Assembly (NCBI GenBank): GCA_963809535.1
Contig: CAWEJW010000003.1
Coordinates: 25,987 to 89,986 of the forward strand
Direction: 5' to 3'
Length of the DNA: 64,000 nt
Source of the DNA: an uncultured Actinomycetes bacterium
GTDB taxonomy: Bacteria; Actinomycetota; Coriobacteriia; Anaerosomatales; CAVRZR01
The notes beneath the pieces are model-generated. The model searched no databases and was not told the DNA's origin. It was given only the letters and a program-made list of their open reading frames with translations. Below, one piece after another: positions 1 through 9,556 of this stretch. Made by a program: the position numbers and the translations under genes. Numbering within the stretch: position 1 is the stretch's first letter; each line of letters begins with the position of its first letter.

Positions 1-2
1 AG

Positions 3-320
3 ATCAAGAGCAAGGACCCGCAGAAGTTCGTGGACAACCTCGAGCCATACCTTCAGGACGGGTCGGTCCCAGAAGCCGACCCCGAGGGTGCGGATCCCAA
101 ACTGAAGATGCCGTCGTTCGGCAACACCTACGCCCTCACCCAGCAGCAGATCGCCGACGTCGAGGCGTACGTCCTGTCCCTCAACGGTGTGGAGCGCGCG
201 GTGATCACCAACCCCGGCATCGAGCCAGCTGTGTACGCCTACGGCACGTTCGTCGGATTCGCATTGGTCGCAGTACTTCTAGGGATCGCACTGGCGGGAC
301 GCCGATCGCGAGAGAGCTGA
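3..320 (+). CDS. C-terminal part of a membrane-anchored c-type cytochrome (5' end outside window)
   Basis: Frame open from window edge. MPSF...LTQQQIADVEAYV resembles the cytochrome c distal Met ligand and C-terminal helix, followed by a TM helix. No CxxCH in the visible part. Confidence 0.6.
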   Translation: MKSKDPQKFVDNLEPYLQDGSVPEADPEGADPKLKMPSFGNTYALTQQQIADVEAYVLSLNGVERAVITNPGIEPAVYAYGTFVGFALVAVLLGIALAGRRSRES

Positions 321-585
321 CGCGCGGCGGGCGCGTGTTGGCAGGCAATCGTGAGAGCGGCGGTGCCTGCGTCGGTTTCACGCTCCCGTTCGCCCTCGCC
401 TGATCGCGCGATTCGGGCCTAGGCGGCTGCCTCGTCGGGGGGTCCTCTCATTCGGGGCGCGCACACCCTCTGCTTTGGCGAACACCGCCTGCATATTCAG
501 ACGAGTTCGTTTGCAAGGTATACCCATGTGGGTATCGTATGCATCTCCAAGGAATACCCACAGGGGCACCGCCTGAAACGATGCC

Positions 586-616
586 AGTAGTGGCCCGGCC
601 AAGCCGGGCCACTACT
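586..616. terminator. Perfect 14-bp hairpin, probable terminator between convergent genes
   Basis: AGTAGTGGCCCGGC-CAA-GCCGGGCCACTACT. Confidence 0.7.
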
Positions 617-662
617 CATTCAAGTCGTGTCTGGACTATGTTCGGTCGCGGAGCCGTGCCTG

Positions 663-1709
663 CTACTCGTTTGGGACAACTACCGCGCGCCCTTGCAGCT
701 TGCCTTCCCGCAGCGCCTGGTACGCGTCGGCCGCCCTGTCCAGCGGGTAGTAGGTGTTGTGGCTCGTGATGTGGCCTCGCTCAGCGAGCGTGATCAACTC
801 TATGAGCTCGGGTAGCGTGCCCCAGTACGGTGACGCAATCGAGCACTCGTAGGGCAGCGCGAAGAAGTTGAACGGCAGCGTCCCCATCGCCAATCCGACG
901 ATGGTCACCCGGCCGGCCTTGTGCGCGACCTTGGCCGCAAGCGCCATGGTCGCATCGGCGCCTACGAAATCGATGACGGCCTCGGCTCCCTGCTGATTCG
1001 TGAGCTCCATGATCTTGGCGGGAGCGTCCTCGTTGGACAGCACCGCGACGTCGGCGCCTACTTCCTTCGCAAGCGCCAGTTTGTCCCCGGCAACGTCGAC
1101 CGCGATGATCTGCGAGCTCGTGAGGGCGCGAAGGATCTGCACACCCATATGTCCGAGCCCACCCACGCCGATCACGACGGCGGTGGCGCGGGCCGTTAGC
1201 TGAGGCAGCGACATCTTGATGGCGTGATACGGCGTCAGACCGGCATCCGTGATCGCGGCCGCCTCTTTCGGCGAGAGGGTGGGAAGTGGGACGAGGTGCC
1301 GGCTCGACTGGACGAGCATGTACTCGGCCATGCCGCCGTCGAGCCCGAGTCCTCCGCCACCCGCGCCACCGTTAGTGGTCGCAGCATTCTCGCAGTACGT
1401 CTCGATTCCCTGGCGACACGCGTAGCAGTGGCCGCAGCCCCAAGGCCCGTACACGGCAACAGGGTCACCCACCGAGAACCCCGTCACGCCAGGTCCGAGC
1501 TTCTCGACCCAGCCCGCATTCTCATGACCTAAGGTGAACGGCACGCTGTAGGGAAGCATCCCAGCCGGCCACTCCATCAGATGCAGGTCCGAGTGACAGG
1601 CGCCCGCGCCGCCGACCTTGATCAGCACTTCGCCCATGCCCGGCTCGGGAACGGGGACGTCACGGAGTTCCGGGGGCTGCTGCCACTCGACGAGTTGATA
1701 CGCTTTCAT
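663..1709 (-). CDS. Zn-dependent NAD(P) alcohol dehydrogenase (MDR family)
   Basis: CHSD, GHE, structural Zn site CGHCYAC...C, GVGGLG; AGGAGG RBS before ATG at 1709. Confidence 0.93.
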   Translation of the reverse strand: MKAYQLVEWQQPPELRDVPVPEPGMGEVLIKVGGAGACHSDLHLMEWPAGMLPYSVPFTLGHENAGWVEKLGPGVTGFSVGDPVAVYGPWGCGHCYACRQGIETYCENAATTNGGAGGGGLGLDGGMAEYMLVQSSRHLVPLPTLSPKEAAAITDAGLTPYHAIKMSLPQLTARATAVVIGVGGLGHMGVQILRALTSSQIIAVDVAGDKLALAKEVGADVAVLSNEDAPAKIMELTNQQGAEAVIDFVGADATMALAAKVAHKAGRVTIVGLAMGTLPFNFFALPYECSIASPYWGTLPELIELITLAERGHITSHNTYYPLDRAADAYQALREGKLQGRAVVVPNE

Positions 1710-2093
1710 AAGATCCTCCTTCAGGTTCGATGCCGGCGCTTGCGCTGAAGCCGCAAGTCGATACTGGCTATCTACCCTTGAGGAAGTCGGCCGAGCGGCC
1801 GGGACGTTTGATGAGAGGAACCGTGCCCCGGCCTCTCTTGGGCGACTTGGCTGCACGACCAGACCCGGAACACGAGACGCCGCCTAGGGCGACCCCTGGT
1901 CATTCCTGCCGTGGCTGACATGCCGGCGACCAGCCGGTTTCCTAGATTCCGCGAGTCCTTGTTCAAAGCCCCGGCGGGACCCATGTCAACGTGCAATGGG
2001 TATCCACCGAGAGGAACGTACTCACTGCATGCTGACCGCGCGGGATCTCGTGCCCGCAGCCAGCTCGTCTGGCCCGCATTTGCGGAGGGATGA

Positions 2094-2262
2094 ATGGCTG
2101 AAGACGTTGTCACGACGGTCGACCTGAAGAAGTACTTCCCGACCCGGAAGGGTGTCGTGAAGGCGATCGACGGCGTCAACCTGAGTGTCTCGGCAGGGCG
2201 CGTCTTCGGCTTCCTCGGCCCGAACGGTGCGGGCAAGACGACGACGCTGAGCATCCTCACAG
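2094..2262 (+). pseudogene. 5' fragment of an ABC transporter ATP-binding protein
   Basis: GGAGG RBS, then [29 protein letters not shown] (Walker A); similarity ends after about 56 aa with no signature motif or Walker B. Confidence 0.8.
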
Positions 2263-2414
2263 ATCCAGGAAGCTACTCCCGCTTCGCCGTAGGCCTAAGT
2301 CGCCCTCATCGTCGACATAGTCCCCGCTCGGCTGAATCACGCTCAAGCGCGCAGCGTCTGCAATGCCGGCATGGAGCGGCTGCTCGCTGGTAGCAGGTAG
2401 TTCTCGCACTACAA

Positions 2415-2444
2415 ACGGGCCGCGGCCGGTCGGCCGCGACCCGT
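2415..2444 (-). terminator. GC-rich hairpin downstream of the M28 peptidase
   Basis: ACGGGCCGCGGCCG-GT-CGGCCGCGACCCGT, followed by TTGT on the minus strand. Confidence 0.55.
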
Positions 2445-2455
2445 CGCTGTGACAG

Positions 2456-3439
2456 CTAGCGAACCGACGCTGGATTCAGGTGCGTCAAGAACTCGAAGAC
2501 GAGTGTCGTGTATGCCTTGAGGCGAACCATCGGGCGGCCCGGAAGGAGCTGTTCGATGATGCGTAGGTTGTCGTTCGGCGTGTGCCAGAACGAACCGTAC
2601 TCTGCAGTCTGCTCATATCCGTCCAAGTCGCCGATCTCCCAGTTGGTGGACTCGAACGCCGCGATCGGTATGCCGGCATCGTTGAAGGCCGTGTAGTCAC
2701 TGAAGCCGTCGGGCGTCAGCCCCGCCGGGTAAGCCGAATTCAGACCTGGCTGAATGCCGATCGGAAGCCTGTGCAACCTGATCAACCTGAGCATCGCGTC
2801 CCGTGCCCACGTCTTCTCGTTGAAGCCGGCGTGGATGTAGAGCTTGTCGCCGACGATGAGAGAGTCGAAGTTGAGCATGGCGATCGTGCGGGCCTTCTCG
2901 GCTTGGGTCATCCGGCTGACGTAGTACGCCGAGCCCCTGAGCCCCGCCTCTTCGGCGCCGAAACCGATGAACGTGATGTCGTACTCCTGCTTGTACTTCG
3001 CGATGCGCTGTGCGACTTCCACCATCACTGCGACGCCCGACGCATTGTCATCGGCGCCTTGACCTGCCGTCACCGCATCGTAGTGCGCGCCCACGATCAC
3101 CTGCGGAGTGGGAACGCCCTTGTGCTTCTTCCTCGCCAGTCGACGAGCGACAACGTTCTGCGAGTGGTAAGTCGTCCCATCCTCGGTGTAGGTGAACCGC
3201 TGGATCTCGACGGAGTATCCCGCGTTCTTGAACCAGGAGGCCACCTTTTTGGCAGCAGCCACTTCCCCAGGGGTTGCCGCCGCTCGTGGAGCAACGATCA
3301 GATTCTTGATGTAGGTGTATGCCGCGGCACCCATATGGTTGGGCATCAGCGGCCTGGCGGCGAAGGCCGTTGGCGCCATAAGTGCGACCAACAGCAATGC
3401 AGCTAGAAGTAGGCGAACCGACCTTTGCGTACGTTGCAT
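2456..3439 (-). CDS. Secreted M28 family aminopeptidase
   Basis: Signal peptide ending AFA; GAHYD, GADDNASG, AEEAGL, NFD, FSDY and WHT motifs. Confidence 0.9.
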   Translation of the reverse strand: MQRTQRSVRLLLAALLLVALMAPTAFAARPLMPNHMGAAAYTYIKNLIVAPRAAATPGEVAAAKKVASWFKNAGYSVEIQRFTYTEDGTTYHSQNVVARRLARKKHKGVPTPQVIVGAHYDAVTAGQGADDNASGVAVMVEVAQRIAKYKQEYDITFIGFGAEEAGLRGSAYYVSRMTQAEKARTIAMLNFDSLIVGDKLYIHAGFNEKTWARDAMLRLIRLHRLPIGIQPGLNSAYPAGLTPDGFSDYTAFNDAGIPIAAFESTNWEIGDLDGYEQTAEYGSFWHTPNDNLRIIEQLLPGRPMVRLKAYTTLVFEFLTHLNPASVR

Positions 3440-3638
3440 CTCAACACCCCCCGAGTCAGACGACGATGATGCCTCTTCTTCGACACCCGCTAGATGCATT
3501 CCCATAAGAAGGCGGCTTGTCTACATAGGCTGGCTCAAGTGCGCCGCCCGCCCGGTCTTGCGCTCGCATGCGTTAAGATGCGCCCAAGAGTGCCGGACGG
3601 GACGGCCGATAGGTGAGGACGGGGAAAGCGGGGCGGGC

Positions 3639-4214
3639 ATGAACGCTCTGGCGGCGCGCACGATCACCGCACTTCTCGTCGGGCTTCTGTTCTTCTCGGC
3701 GACGGGGTGCAGCAAGACGCCAGCTGCCAAGCCGACCCCAAAGGCCCCGGCGAGCGTCGAGGCGAGCGCTCCGTCACCCGGAGAAGCCGCATCCGCGACC
3801 GTCGAGGCCTCGGCGACGACCGGGACGACGACATCGAGCGGAACCGCCGCGGCGCCCAAGAAGTCCAAGCCCGCTCCGTCCGTGACGCTCGGGCCGACCG
3901 GCGCGCCGGTGTCGTGGGCGTACCTGAAGGACATGTACCTGAAGAACGGCGTGTGGTACGTCGTGGTCGACTACATCCAGGTCGTTGGACCCGAGGAAAC
4001 GCTCCACTTCGTCAACGACAACCCCCGACTGCGGACGTTCCCCCTGTCGAACAGCGCGAAGCTGCTGCTTCTGACTGGTTCCGGTGGTCCGGACTACAAG
4101 TCCGTGAGCGTGGCGCAGTTCAAGGTGTTCGAAGGCAAGTCGGGTGACGAAGTCGTCGAAGTGACGCCGAAGAGCGGCTACGCGACCCAGCTCAAGGAGT
4201 GGTGGGCGCCCTAG
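3639..4214 (+). CDS. Hypothetical lipoprotein with Pro/Ala/Ser/Thr-rich linker
   Basis: Hydrophobic signal with lipobox-like SATGC, low-complexity linker, globular C-terminus; typical codon bias. Confidence 0.7.
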   Translation: MNALAARTITALLVGLLFFSATGCSKTPAAKPTPKAPASVEASAPSPGEAASATVEASATTGTTTSSGTAAAPKKSKPAPSVTLGPTGAPVSWAYLKDMYLKNGVWYVVVDYIQVVGPEETLHFVNDNPRLRTFPLSNSAKLLLLTGSGGPDYKSVSVAQFKVFEGKSGDEVVEVTPKSGYATQLKEWWAP

Positions 4215-4717
4215 CCGGGACCCCGCTACACCCGCTCGCTCTCAAGGCGAGCCGCCTATCGACGGAAACCCACCGATGGGCGCTTTGGGTCTCGACTCAA
4301 GTTAGCCGCTTCCTCCAAGCGGGTACAGTCGTTTGTTCGGAAAGCTCGCGAGCGTGTCGTCGCCAGACGGCCCCCGGCAGGGCCCCCGCGACAGAGTGCA
4401 ACCTCGGCTCGAGTCCGATATCTAGCAGGTCTTGCGGCTCGAGGGGCACTCCCGCGCAGGCGACCGCAGGCGTTGCGGTTGTACGAAGCCGCAGACGCCA
4501 AAGGGTAAGGGATCAGGGTGAGTTGTGCCCTCGACAGCCGCGCGCGTGTGGCTGTCAACGTTCCGGTCCGGGTCTGGCCGTGTCTGGCACTCCCCGTCTT
4601 CTCGGGCACGCTCGCCGAGATGATGGTCGGAGGCCCCACATCTATCCTCCCGCTGTTCCAATCTGGGCTCAGTCACACGACCCGGTTCGCTCCCTCTTGG
4701 CAGGCTGACAGCCTCTC

Positions 4718-4798
4718 TCCCAGCGCCGGGATGTTCTCGCATTCGCTTCACCCAGGGAAGGGCTTCTATGCCGTACCGCGGGACGGCGCTAGAGGCCC
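4718..4798 (+). promoter_or_regulatory. Candidate ANTAR-binding dual-hexaloop RNA overlapping an alternative long hairpin
   Basis: TCCC-AGCGCC-GGGA (4718-4731) and CCC-AGGGAA-GGG (4751-4762), both loops with A1/G4; competing hairpin 4760-4798; lies upstream of the ami operon. Confidence 0.5.
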
Positions 4799-4865
4799 CC
4801 GGTCGCACATCGAGCGCGGAGTCCCCGACTGCGCACACCGCCAACCTACGGAGGGAGGTGAGCGG

Positions 4866-4931
4866 TTGGAGAGATCCGGCAGCTCGTCGAAGGTGCCTGG
4901 TCTCGTCGGCGCGATTCATCCGCATGAGTAG
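4866..4931 (+). CDS. Putative 21-aa leader peptide MERSGSSSKVPGLVGAIHPHE
   Basis: GGAGGTG 5 nt before TTG; ends 40 nt before amiS. Confidence 0.3.
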   Translation: MERSGSSSKVPGLVGAIHPHE

Positions 4932-4971
4932 CGGACGAGACTGAGAACCCCGCGAAGAAGGGAGCGGGCCA

Positions 4972-5475
4972 ATGCTCGGAATCGTGCTCTTGTACGTAGG
5001 AGCCGTGCTGTTCGTGAACGGATTCAGTTTGCTCGGGTTGGCGGACGCTAAGGGCGCGGCCGTCATGAACTTCCTTACTGGTTCCCTGGCCCTGTTGATC
5101 AACCTCATAATCATCGCGGTCAACGCCGTGGGCAAGGGAGACATCGCCCTGTACTACGCCGCAGGAACCGGCTTGCTCTTCGCGTTCACCTATTTGTACG
5201 TGGGTGCAGTCAACATGTTCGGTCTGGATGGCCGCGGTCTGGGATGGTACTGCCTATTCGTCGCCATCACCGCCGTACCGTCCGCCTTGCTCGCATTCGG
5301 TTCCGACAGCCGTTTCGGCTTCATCTGGTTCGGATGGGCATTCCTCTGGTTCGTCTACTTCCTGCTCTTGGCGCTCAAGCTGAACATCGCCAAGTTCGCC
5401 GGCTACGCCACGCTCGTAATAGCTGTCGTAACCGCGTGGATCCCCGGCTACCTGATACTCGCCGAGAGGTGGTAG
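4972..5475 (+). CDS. amiS: AmiS/UreI family amide/urea channel
   Basis: MLGIVLLYVGAVLFVNG, LLFAFTYLY, GLGWYCLFVA; about six TM helices; adjacent to amidase. Confidence 0.93.
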   Translation: MLGIVLLYVGAVLFVNGFSLLGLADAKGAAVMNFLTGSLALLINLIIIAVNAVGKGDIALYYAAGTGLLFAFTYLYVGAVNMFGLDGRGLGWYCLFVAITAVPSALLAFGSDSRFGFIWFGWAFLWFVYFLLLALKLNIAKFAGYATLVIAVVTAWIPGYLILAERW

Positions 5476-5609
5476 AAGCACGACCCCGGACAACGTCAAC
5501 GGTGGGGAGATGCTCGCGCGCTCTCCGCGAAAGGAGGTTGATGTAGGACGTCGTGAGACGGAACCGAACGTAATCACTTGTGCAATCGCGACACTAGGAG
5601 GTGTCAGCT

Positions 5610-6656
5610 TTGAGACACGGTGATATCAGCTCGAGCGACACGCATGTCGGCGTGGCGGTCGTCAACTATAAGATGCCGCGCATGCATACCAAGAAGGAGA
5701 TCCTCGACAACTGTCACGCGATCGCAGACTACATGACCGGCCTGAAGCTTGGTCTTCCGGGGATGGACCTGATCATCTTCCCCGAGTACAGCACGCACGG
5801 CATCCTGTACGACTTCAACGAGATGATGGAGCTCTCCGCCACCATCCCAGGTGAGGAGACCGAGATACTCACGCAGGCCTGCAAGAAGAACAAGGTCTGG
5901 GGCGTCTTCTCCCTCACTGGGGAGAAGCACGAGGAGCATCCCAACAAGGTCCCGTACAACACGCTCATTCTCGTCAACGACAAGGGCGAGATCGTCCAGA
6001 AGTACCGCAAGATCATGCCTTGGGTCCCGATCGAAGGTTGGTACCCGGGCAAGCAGACGTACGTGAGCACCGGTCCCAAGGGTCTCAAGGTCAGCCTGAT
6101 CATCTGCGATGACGGCAACTATCCTGAGATCTGGCGCGATTGCGCGATGCGCGGCGCGGAGCTCATCATCCGCTGCCAGGGCTACATGTATCCCTCGAAG
6201 GAACAGCAGCGGATCGTCGCGCAGGCATCGGCGTGGCAGAACACCGCCTACGTTGCCGTCGCGAACGCCACCGGTTTTGACGGCGTCTACTCCTACTTCG
6301 GTCACTCGGTCCTCGTCGGCTTCGACGGCCGGGTGCTCGGAGAGTGCGCCGAGGAGGAGATGGGCAACCAGTACGCGGAGCTGTCCATCCCAGAGATCAG
6401 GGACGCCCGGAAGAACTGGCAGTCCCAGAACCACCTGTTCAAGCTCTTGCACCGCGGCTACACGGGCAAGATCAACTCCAAAGAGGACCCGGCGGGCGTG
6501 GCCGACTGTCCCTACGAGTTCTACCGCACATGGGTAACGGACGCTCAGAAGGCACGCGAGAACGTGGAGGCATTCACACGGAAGACCGCAGGGACGGCCG
6601 AATGCCCGATCGAAGGTATCCCGAACGAAGGCCGCGAGAAGGCGGCGGCCCGCTAG
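5610..6656 (+). CDS. amiE: Aliphatic amidase (nitrilase superfamily)
   Basis: [21 protein letters not shown]-terminus; triad in [21 protein letters not shown]; AGGAGGT before TTG at 5610. Confidence 0.96.
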   Translation: MRHGDISSSDTHVGVAVVNYKMPRMHTKKEILDNCHAIADYMTGLKLGLPGMDLIIFPEYSTHGILYDFNEMMELSATIPGEETEILTQACKKNKVWGVFSLTGEKHEEHPNKVPYNTLILVNDKGEIVQKYRKIMPWVPIEGWYPGKQTYVSTGPKGLKVSLIICDDGNYPEIWRDCAMRGAELIIRCQGYMYPSKEQQRIVAQASAWQNTAYVAVANATGFDGVYSYFGHSVLVGFDGRVLGECAEEEMGNQYAELSIPEIRDARKNWQSQNHLFKLLHRGYTGKINSKEDPAGVADCPYEFYRTWVTDAQKARENVEAFTRKTAGTAECPIEGIPNEGREKAAAR

Positions 6657-6667
6657 TACACGGCACA

Positions 6668-6708
6668 CATCTGCTAGGCCGGACCGCAGAGATCCGGCCT
6701 AGCAGATG
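6668..6708 (+). terminator. Perfect 16-bp hairpin between amiE and amiB (attenuator or mRNA stabiliser)
   Basis: CATCTGCTAGGCCGGA...TCCGGCCTAGCAGATG; no U-tract. Confidence 0.65.
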
Positions 6709-6746
6709 CCCCAGCCCTTCCACTATCTGGGACGGAGAGAATCTCG

Positions 6747-7811
6747 ATGTCCTACCTGTTCGACCATCGCGTCGTGATGGCACACCTGCGAGAACGCATC
6801 GTGGGTCAGGACGAGGCGCTCGAGCACATCGAATCGGCGCTCACTGTGGTTCAGGCCGGCATCTCGGAGAAGGACAAGCCGCTCTATGCGGCACTGTTCC
6901 TCGGACCCACCGGAGTGGGCAAGACTGAGACGGTACGGGCGCTGTCGGTCGCGCTGTGCGGGGACGTCGAGGCGACGTGTCGCGTGGACATGAACACGCT
7001 TGCCCAAGAGCACTACTCCGCCGCTCTCGTGGGCGCTCCTCCGGGATACGTCGGCAGCCGGGAAGAAAACACGCTGCTGGACAAGGACAAGATCGAGGGC
7101 TCGTTCTCCCACCCTGGACTCGTCCTCTTCGATGAGGTCGAGAAGGCGAGCGACGTCGTCGTCCAGACCGTCATGAACATCCTCGACGATGGCATCCTCC
7201 AACTTACCTCCGGCACGACGGCTATCAGCTTCCGCAATGCGATGGTCTTCATGACCAGCAACGTCGGTGCTCGGGAGATCCAGGACTATGCACACAACCG
7301 GCCGCGATTCCTCGTGCGCAAGCTCGCATACCTTCTGAATCCGACGCACTGGGGAGCGAACGATGCTGCGGTCCTCTCGTGGATCATCGACAAGCAGCTG
7401 CATCGTCGCTTCCGACCGGAGTTCCTCAACCGCATCGACGACGTCGTGGTGTTCAACTGGCTGAACAGGGAGGCACTTGCCGAGATACTGAACATCACGA
7501 TCTCGGACCTGAACATACGTCTCGCGCGGAAGAACGTCGCGGTCGAGCTGTCCCCCGAGGTGCGCAAGTTCATCCTGGATGTGGGATTCGATCGTCGATT
7601 CGGTGCACGATTCCTCAAGCGCGCGGTCCGCAGACACATCGAGAACCCCCTGGCCAGGCTACTGGTCGCCGAGCCCGGGACTTCAGAACGGCTCACATTC
7701 GTCGCCGTTCGTGACGCCCGGAGTACCAGACCGGGCGAGTCCGTTTCTTTCGAGGCAAAGACAGAAGAACACGTTCCGACCCGCGCGACCGAAGCAGTTG
7801 CCAGCCGCTAG
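6747..7811 (+). CDS. amiB: AmiB-type single-domain AAA+ ATPase (ClpA/B D2-like)
   Basis: IVGQDEA, GPTGVGKT, LVGAPPGYVG, DEVEKA, FRPEFLNRID, FGARFLKR; directly after amiE as in Pseudomonas amiEB. Confidence 0.85.
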   Translation: MSYLFDHRVVMAHLRERIVGQDEALEHIESALTVVQAGISEKDKPLYAALFLGPTGVGKTETVRALSVALCGDVEATCRVDMNTLAQEHYSAALVGAPPGYVGSREENTLLDKDKIEGSFSHPGLVLFDEVEKASDVVVQTVMNILDDGILQLTSGTTAISFRNAMVFMTSNVGAREIQDYAHNRPRFLVRKLAYLLNPTHWGANDAAVLSWIIDKQLHRRFRPEFLNRIDDVVVFNWLNREALAEILNITISDLNIRLARKNVAVELSPEVRKFILDVGFDRRFGARFLKRAVRRHIENPLARLLVAEPGTSERLTFVAVRDARSTRPGESVSFEAKTEEHVPTRATEAVASR

Positions 7812-7936
7812 CCGCGAATGTCGCAGCCGTTGCGCACCTTTGTGCCATCTGCCCCCGGCGCTGAGCCCGCTCAAGTCATCATTCGGCGTGACGATAAACC
7901 CAGCAGTGGAGTACACTCCCTCCAACCAAGGAGGGC

Positions 7937-8149
7937 ATGCGGGAGCGGCGGGGCGGAACGATGGACCGAAACGAACTCGATCCTGCGATCGACCTGTTGC
8001 TTGAGGAGCTGGGTGCACGCCTGGCAGCCGAAGAGCAGCGACAGGGCACGTCAGCGTGCTCGCCCGGAATCGGCCGGGTCCTCTGGTACGGTCGCTGGTG
8101 GAGGGAAGTTGCTCCGGGATCCTTCGTGCAAGAGGACTCTGACGGCTAG
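7937..8149 (+). CDS. Small hypothetical protein
   Basis: AAGGAGG close to ATG 7937; alternative ATG at 7961; no recognised motif. Confidence 0.4.
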   Translation: MRERRGGTMDRNELDPAIDLLLEELGARLAAEEQRQGTSACSPGIGRVLWYGRWWREVAPGSFVQEDSDG

Positions 8150-8286
8150 CGACGACTAGAGCAGCTCACCCGCGCACTGAGTCTTGCGGTCTATCCGCCG
8201 AGTGACAGCCCTCCAGCCGCTCGAACACCACGCAACTCCGGCTTGGGAAGCACGTAGCCGCCCGCTGTCGAGCTGGGCGCGAGCAG

Positions 8287-8391
8287 CTACCCCTCGAGGA
8301 TCCGCACCTCGCCCGTGTCGCCGTCGACCTCGATGAGCTGCCCGGTCGTGATGATCTGGGTCGCAGGCCCTACGTTGACCACCGCCGGGTG
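8287..8391 (-). pseudogene. 3' remnant of a PEP-utilising enzyme mobile domain
   Basis: PAVVNVGPATQIITTGQLIEVDGDTGEVRILEG* matches the end of the swivelling phospho-His domain; upstream part missing. Confidence 0.7.
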
Positions 8392-8557
8392 CGCTACCGC
8401 AGCGCGGGGTTCGGCGAAGCGGGACGAACCCACACGACGGCGGGGTAGCGAACGCGACTTGACGATGGCAGGGACCGCGCTGCGGTATCGTTGGCGGCAC
8501 AGCGCGGAGCAAGACCGGGAGGTGTTCCGTGCAAGCCCTCGGATACCGGGAGCCCAG

Positions 8558-9556
8558 ATGACCCCGGACACCGTCATCGCCACGCACGCGCTCACGAAGC
8601 GTTATCGCGACGTACTCGCCGTCGACCGCCTTGATCTCGACGTGCGGCGCGGCGAGGTGTACGGGTTCCTCGGCAGGAACGGCGCCGGGAAGACCACGAC
8701 GATCCGCATGGTGCTCGGGCTGATCCGCCCCACAGGTGGCGATGTCACGGTTCTCGGACGACGCGTCACGCCGGGTGAGACGGACGTGTTCGGGCGCGTG
8801 GGCTACCTCGTCGAGACCGCGACGGCCTACCCCAATCTCACCGTGCGCGAGAACCTCGACATCCAGCGGCGGCTCACAGGCGCGCTCCGCGAGGCAGTCC
8901 CGGACACGATCGAGCGGCTGCGCCTGGGCGCCTACGCCGACAAGCGCGCGGGACAGCTCTCGCTCGGCAACAAACAGCGGCTTTCGCTCGCCCGCGCGCT
9001 CCTGCACGCGCCCGATGTGCTCGTGCTCGACGAGCCGGCCAACACGCTAGACCCGGCGGGCATCGTCGAGATCCGCGAACTGCTCCGCACCCTTGCCGCC
9101 GAGCGCGGCGTTACGGTCTTCATGTCGAGCCATATCCTCGCCGAGGTCGCGCACCTGGCAGACCGCATCGGCATCGTGCACGAGGGCCGTCTGCTCGAAG
9201 AGCTCGATCGGGAGGAGCTCGCCGAGAAGGCACGCGCGTTCATTGAGATCGGTGTGGGCGCGCCCGGGGCCGCTCCCGAGAGCGCGGCCGAACGCGCGGA
9301 GACCGTCATGCGCGAGGCGGGCTTCGCGCGCATCGAGCGCACCGCGGACGCGCCGGGCACACTGCGCGTCTTCGACGCCGCGGACCGAGCGCCCGAGCTC
9401 GCAAGGCTGCTCGTGGGCTCCGGCCTCGAGCTCACTGCGCTCGCACCCACTTCTGAGGACCTGGAGAGCTACTTCCTGCGACTCACGGGCGGCGTTCCGG
9501 CGGACGTCCCGGCCGTTCGCGGCGCGGCGCCGGTATCCCCCGGAGACGACTCCTGA
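8558..9556 (+). CDS. ABC exporter ATP-binding protein (bacitracin/lantibiotic-immunity-like)
   Basis: GRNGAGKT, LSLGNKQRL signature, LDEP, SSH. Confidence 0.92.
   Translation: MTPDTVIATHALTKRYRDVLAVDRLDLDVRRGEVYGFLGRNGAGKTTTIRMVLGLIRPTGGDVTVLGRRVTPGETDVFGRVGYLVETATAYPNLTVRENLDIQRRLTGALREAVPDTIERLRLGAYADKRAGQLSLGNKQRLSLARALLHAPDVLVLDEPANTLDPAGIVEIRELLRTLAAERGVTVFMSSHILAEVAHLADRIGIVHEGRLLEELDREELAEKARAFIEIGVGAPGAAPESAAERAETVMREAGFARIERTADAPGTLRVFDAADRAPELARLLVGSGLELTALAPTSEDLESYFLRLTGGVPADVPAVRGAAPVSPGDDS

Noticed and set aside
4215-4971. Known riboswitch (e.g. guanidine-I) or long ORFs in the ami leader
   Set aside because: I could not find the consensus segments by eye, and the overlapping ORFs lack motifs and RBSs. 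An Rfam scan would settle it.
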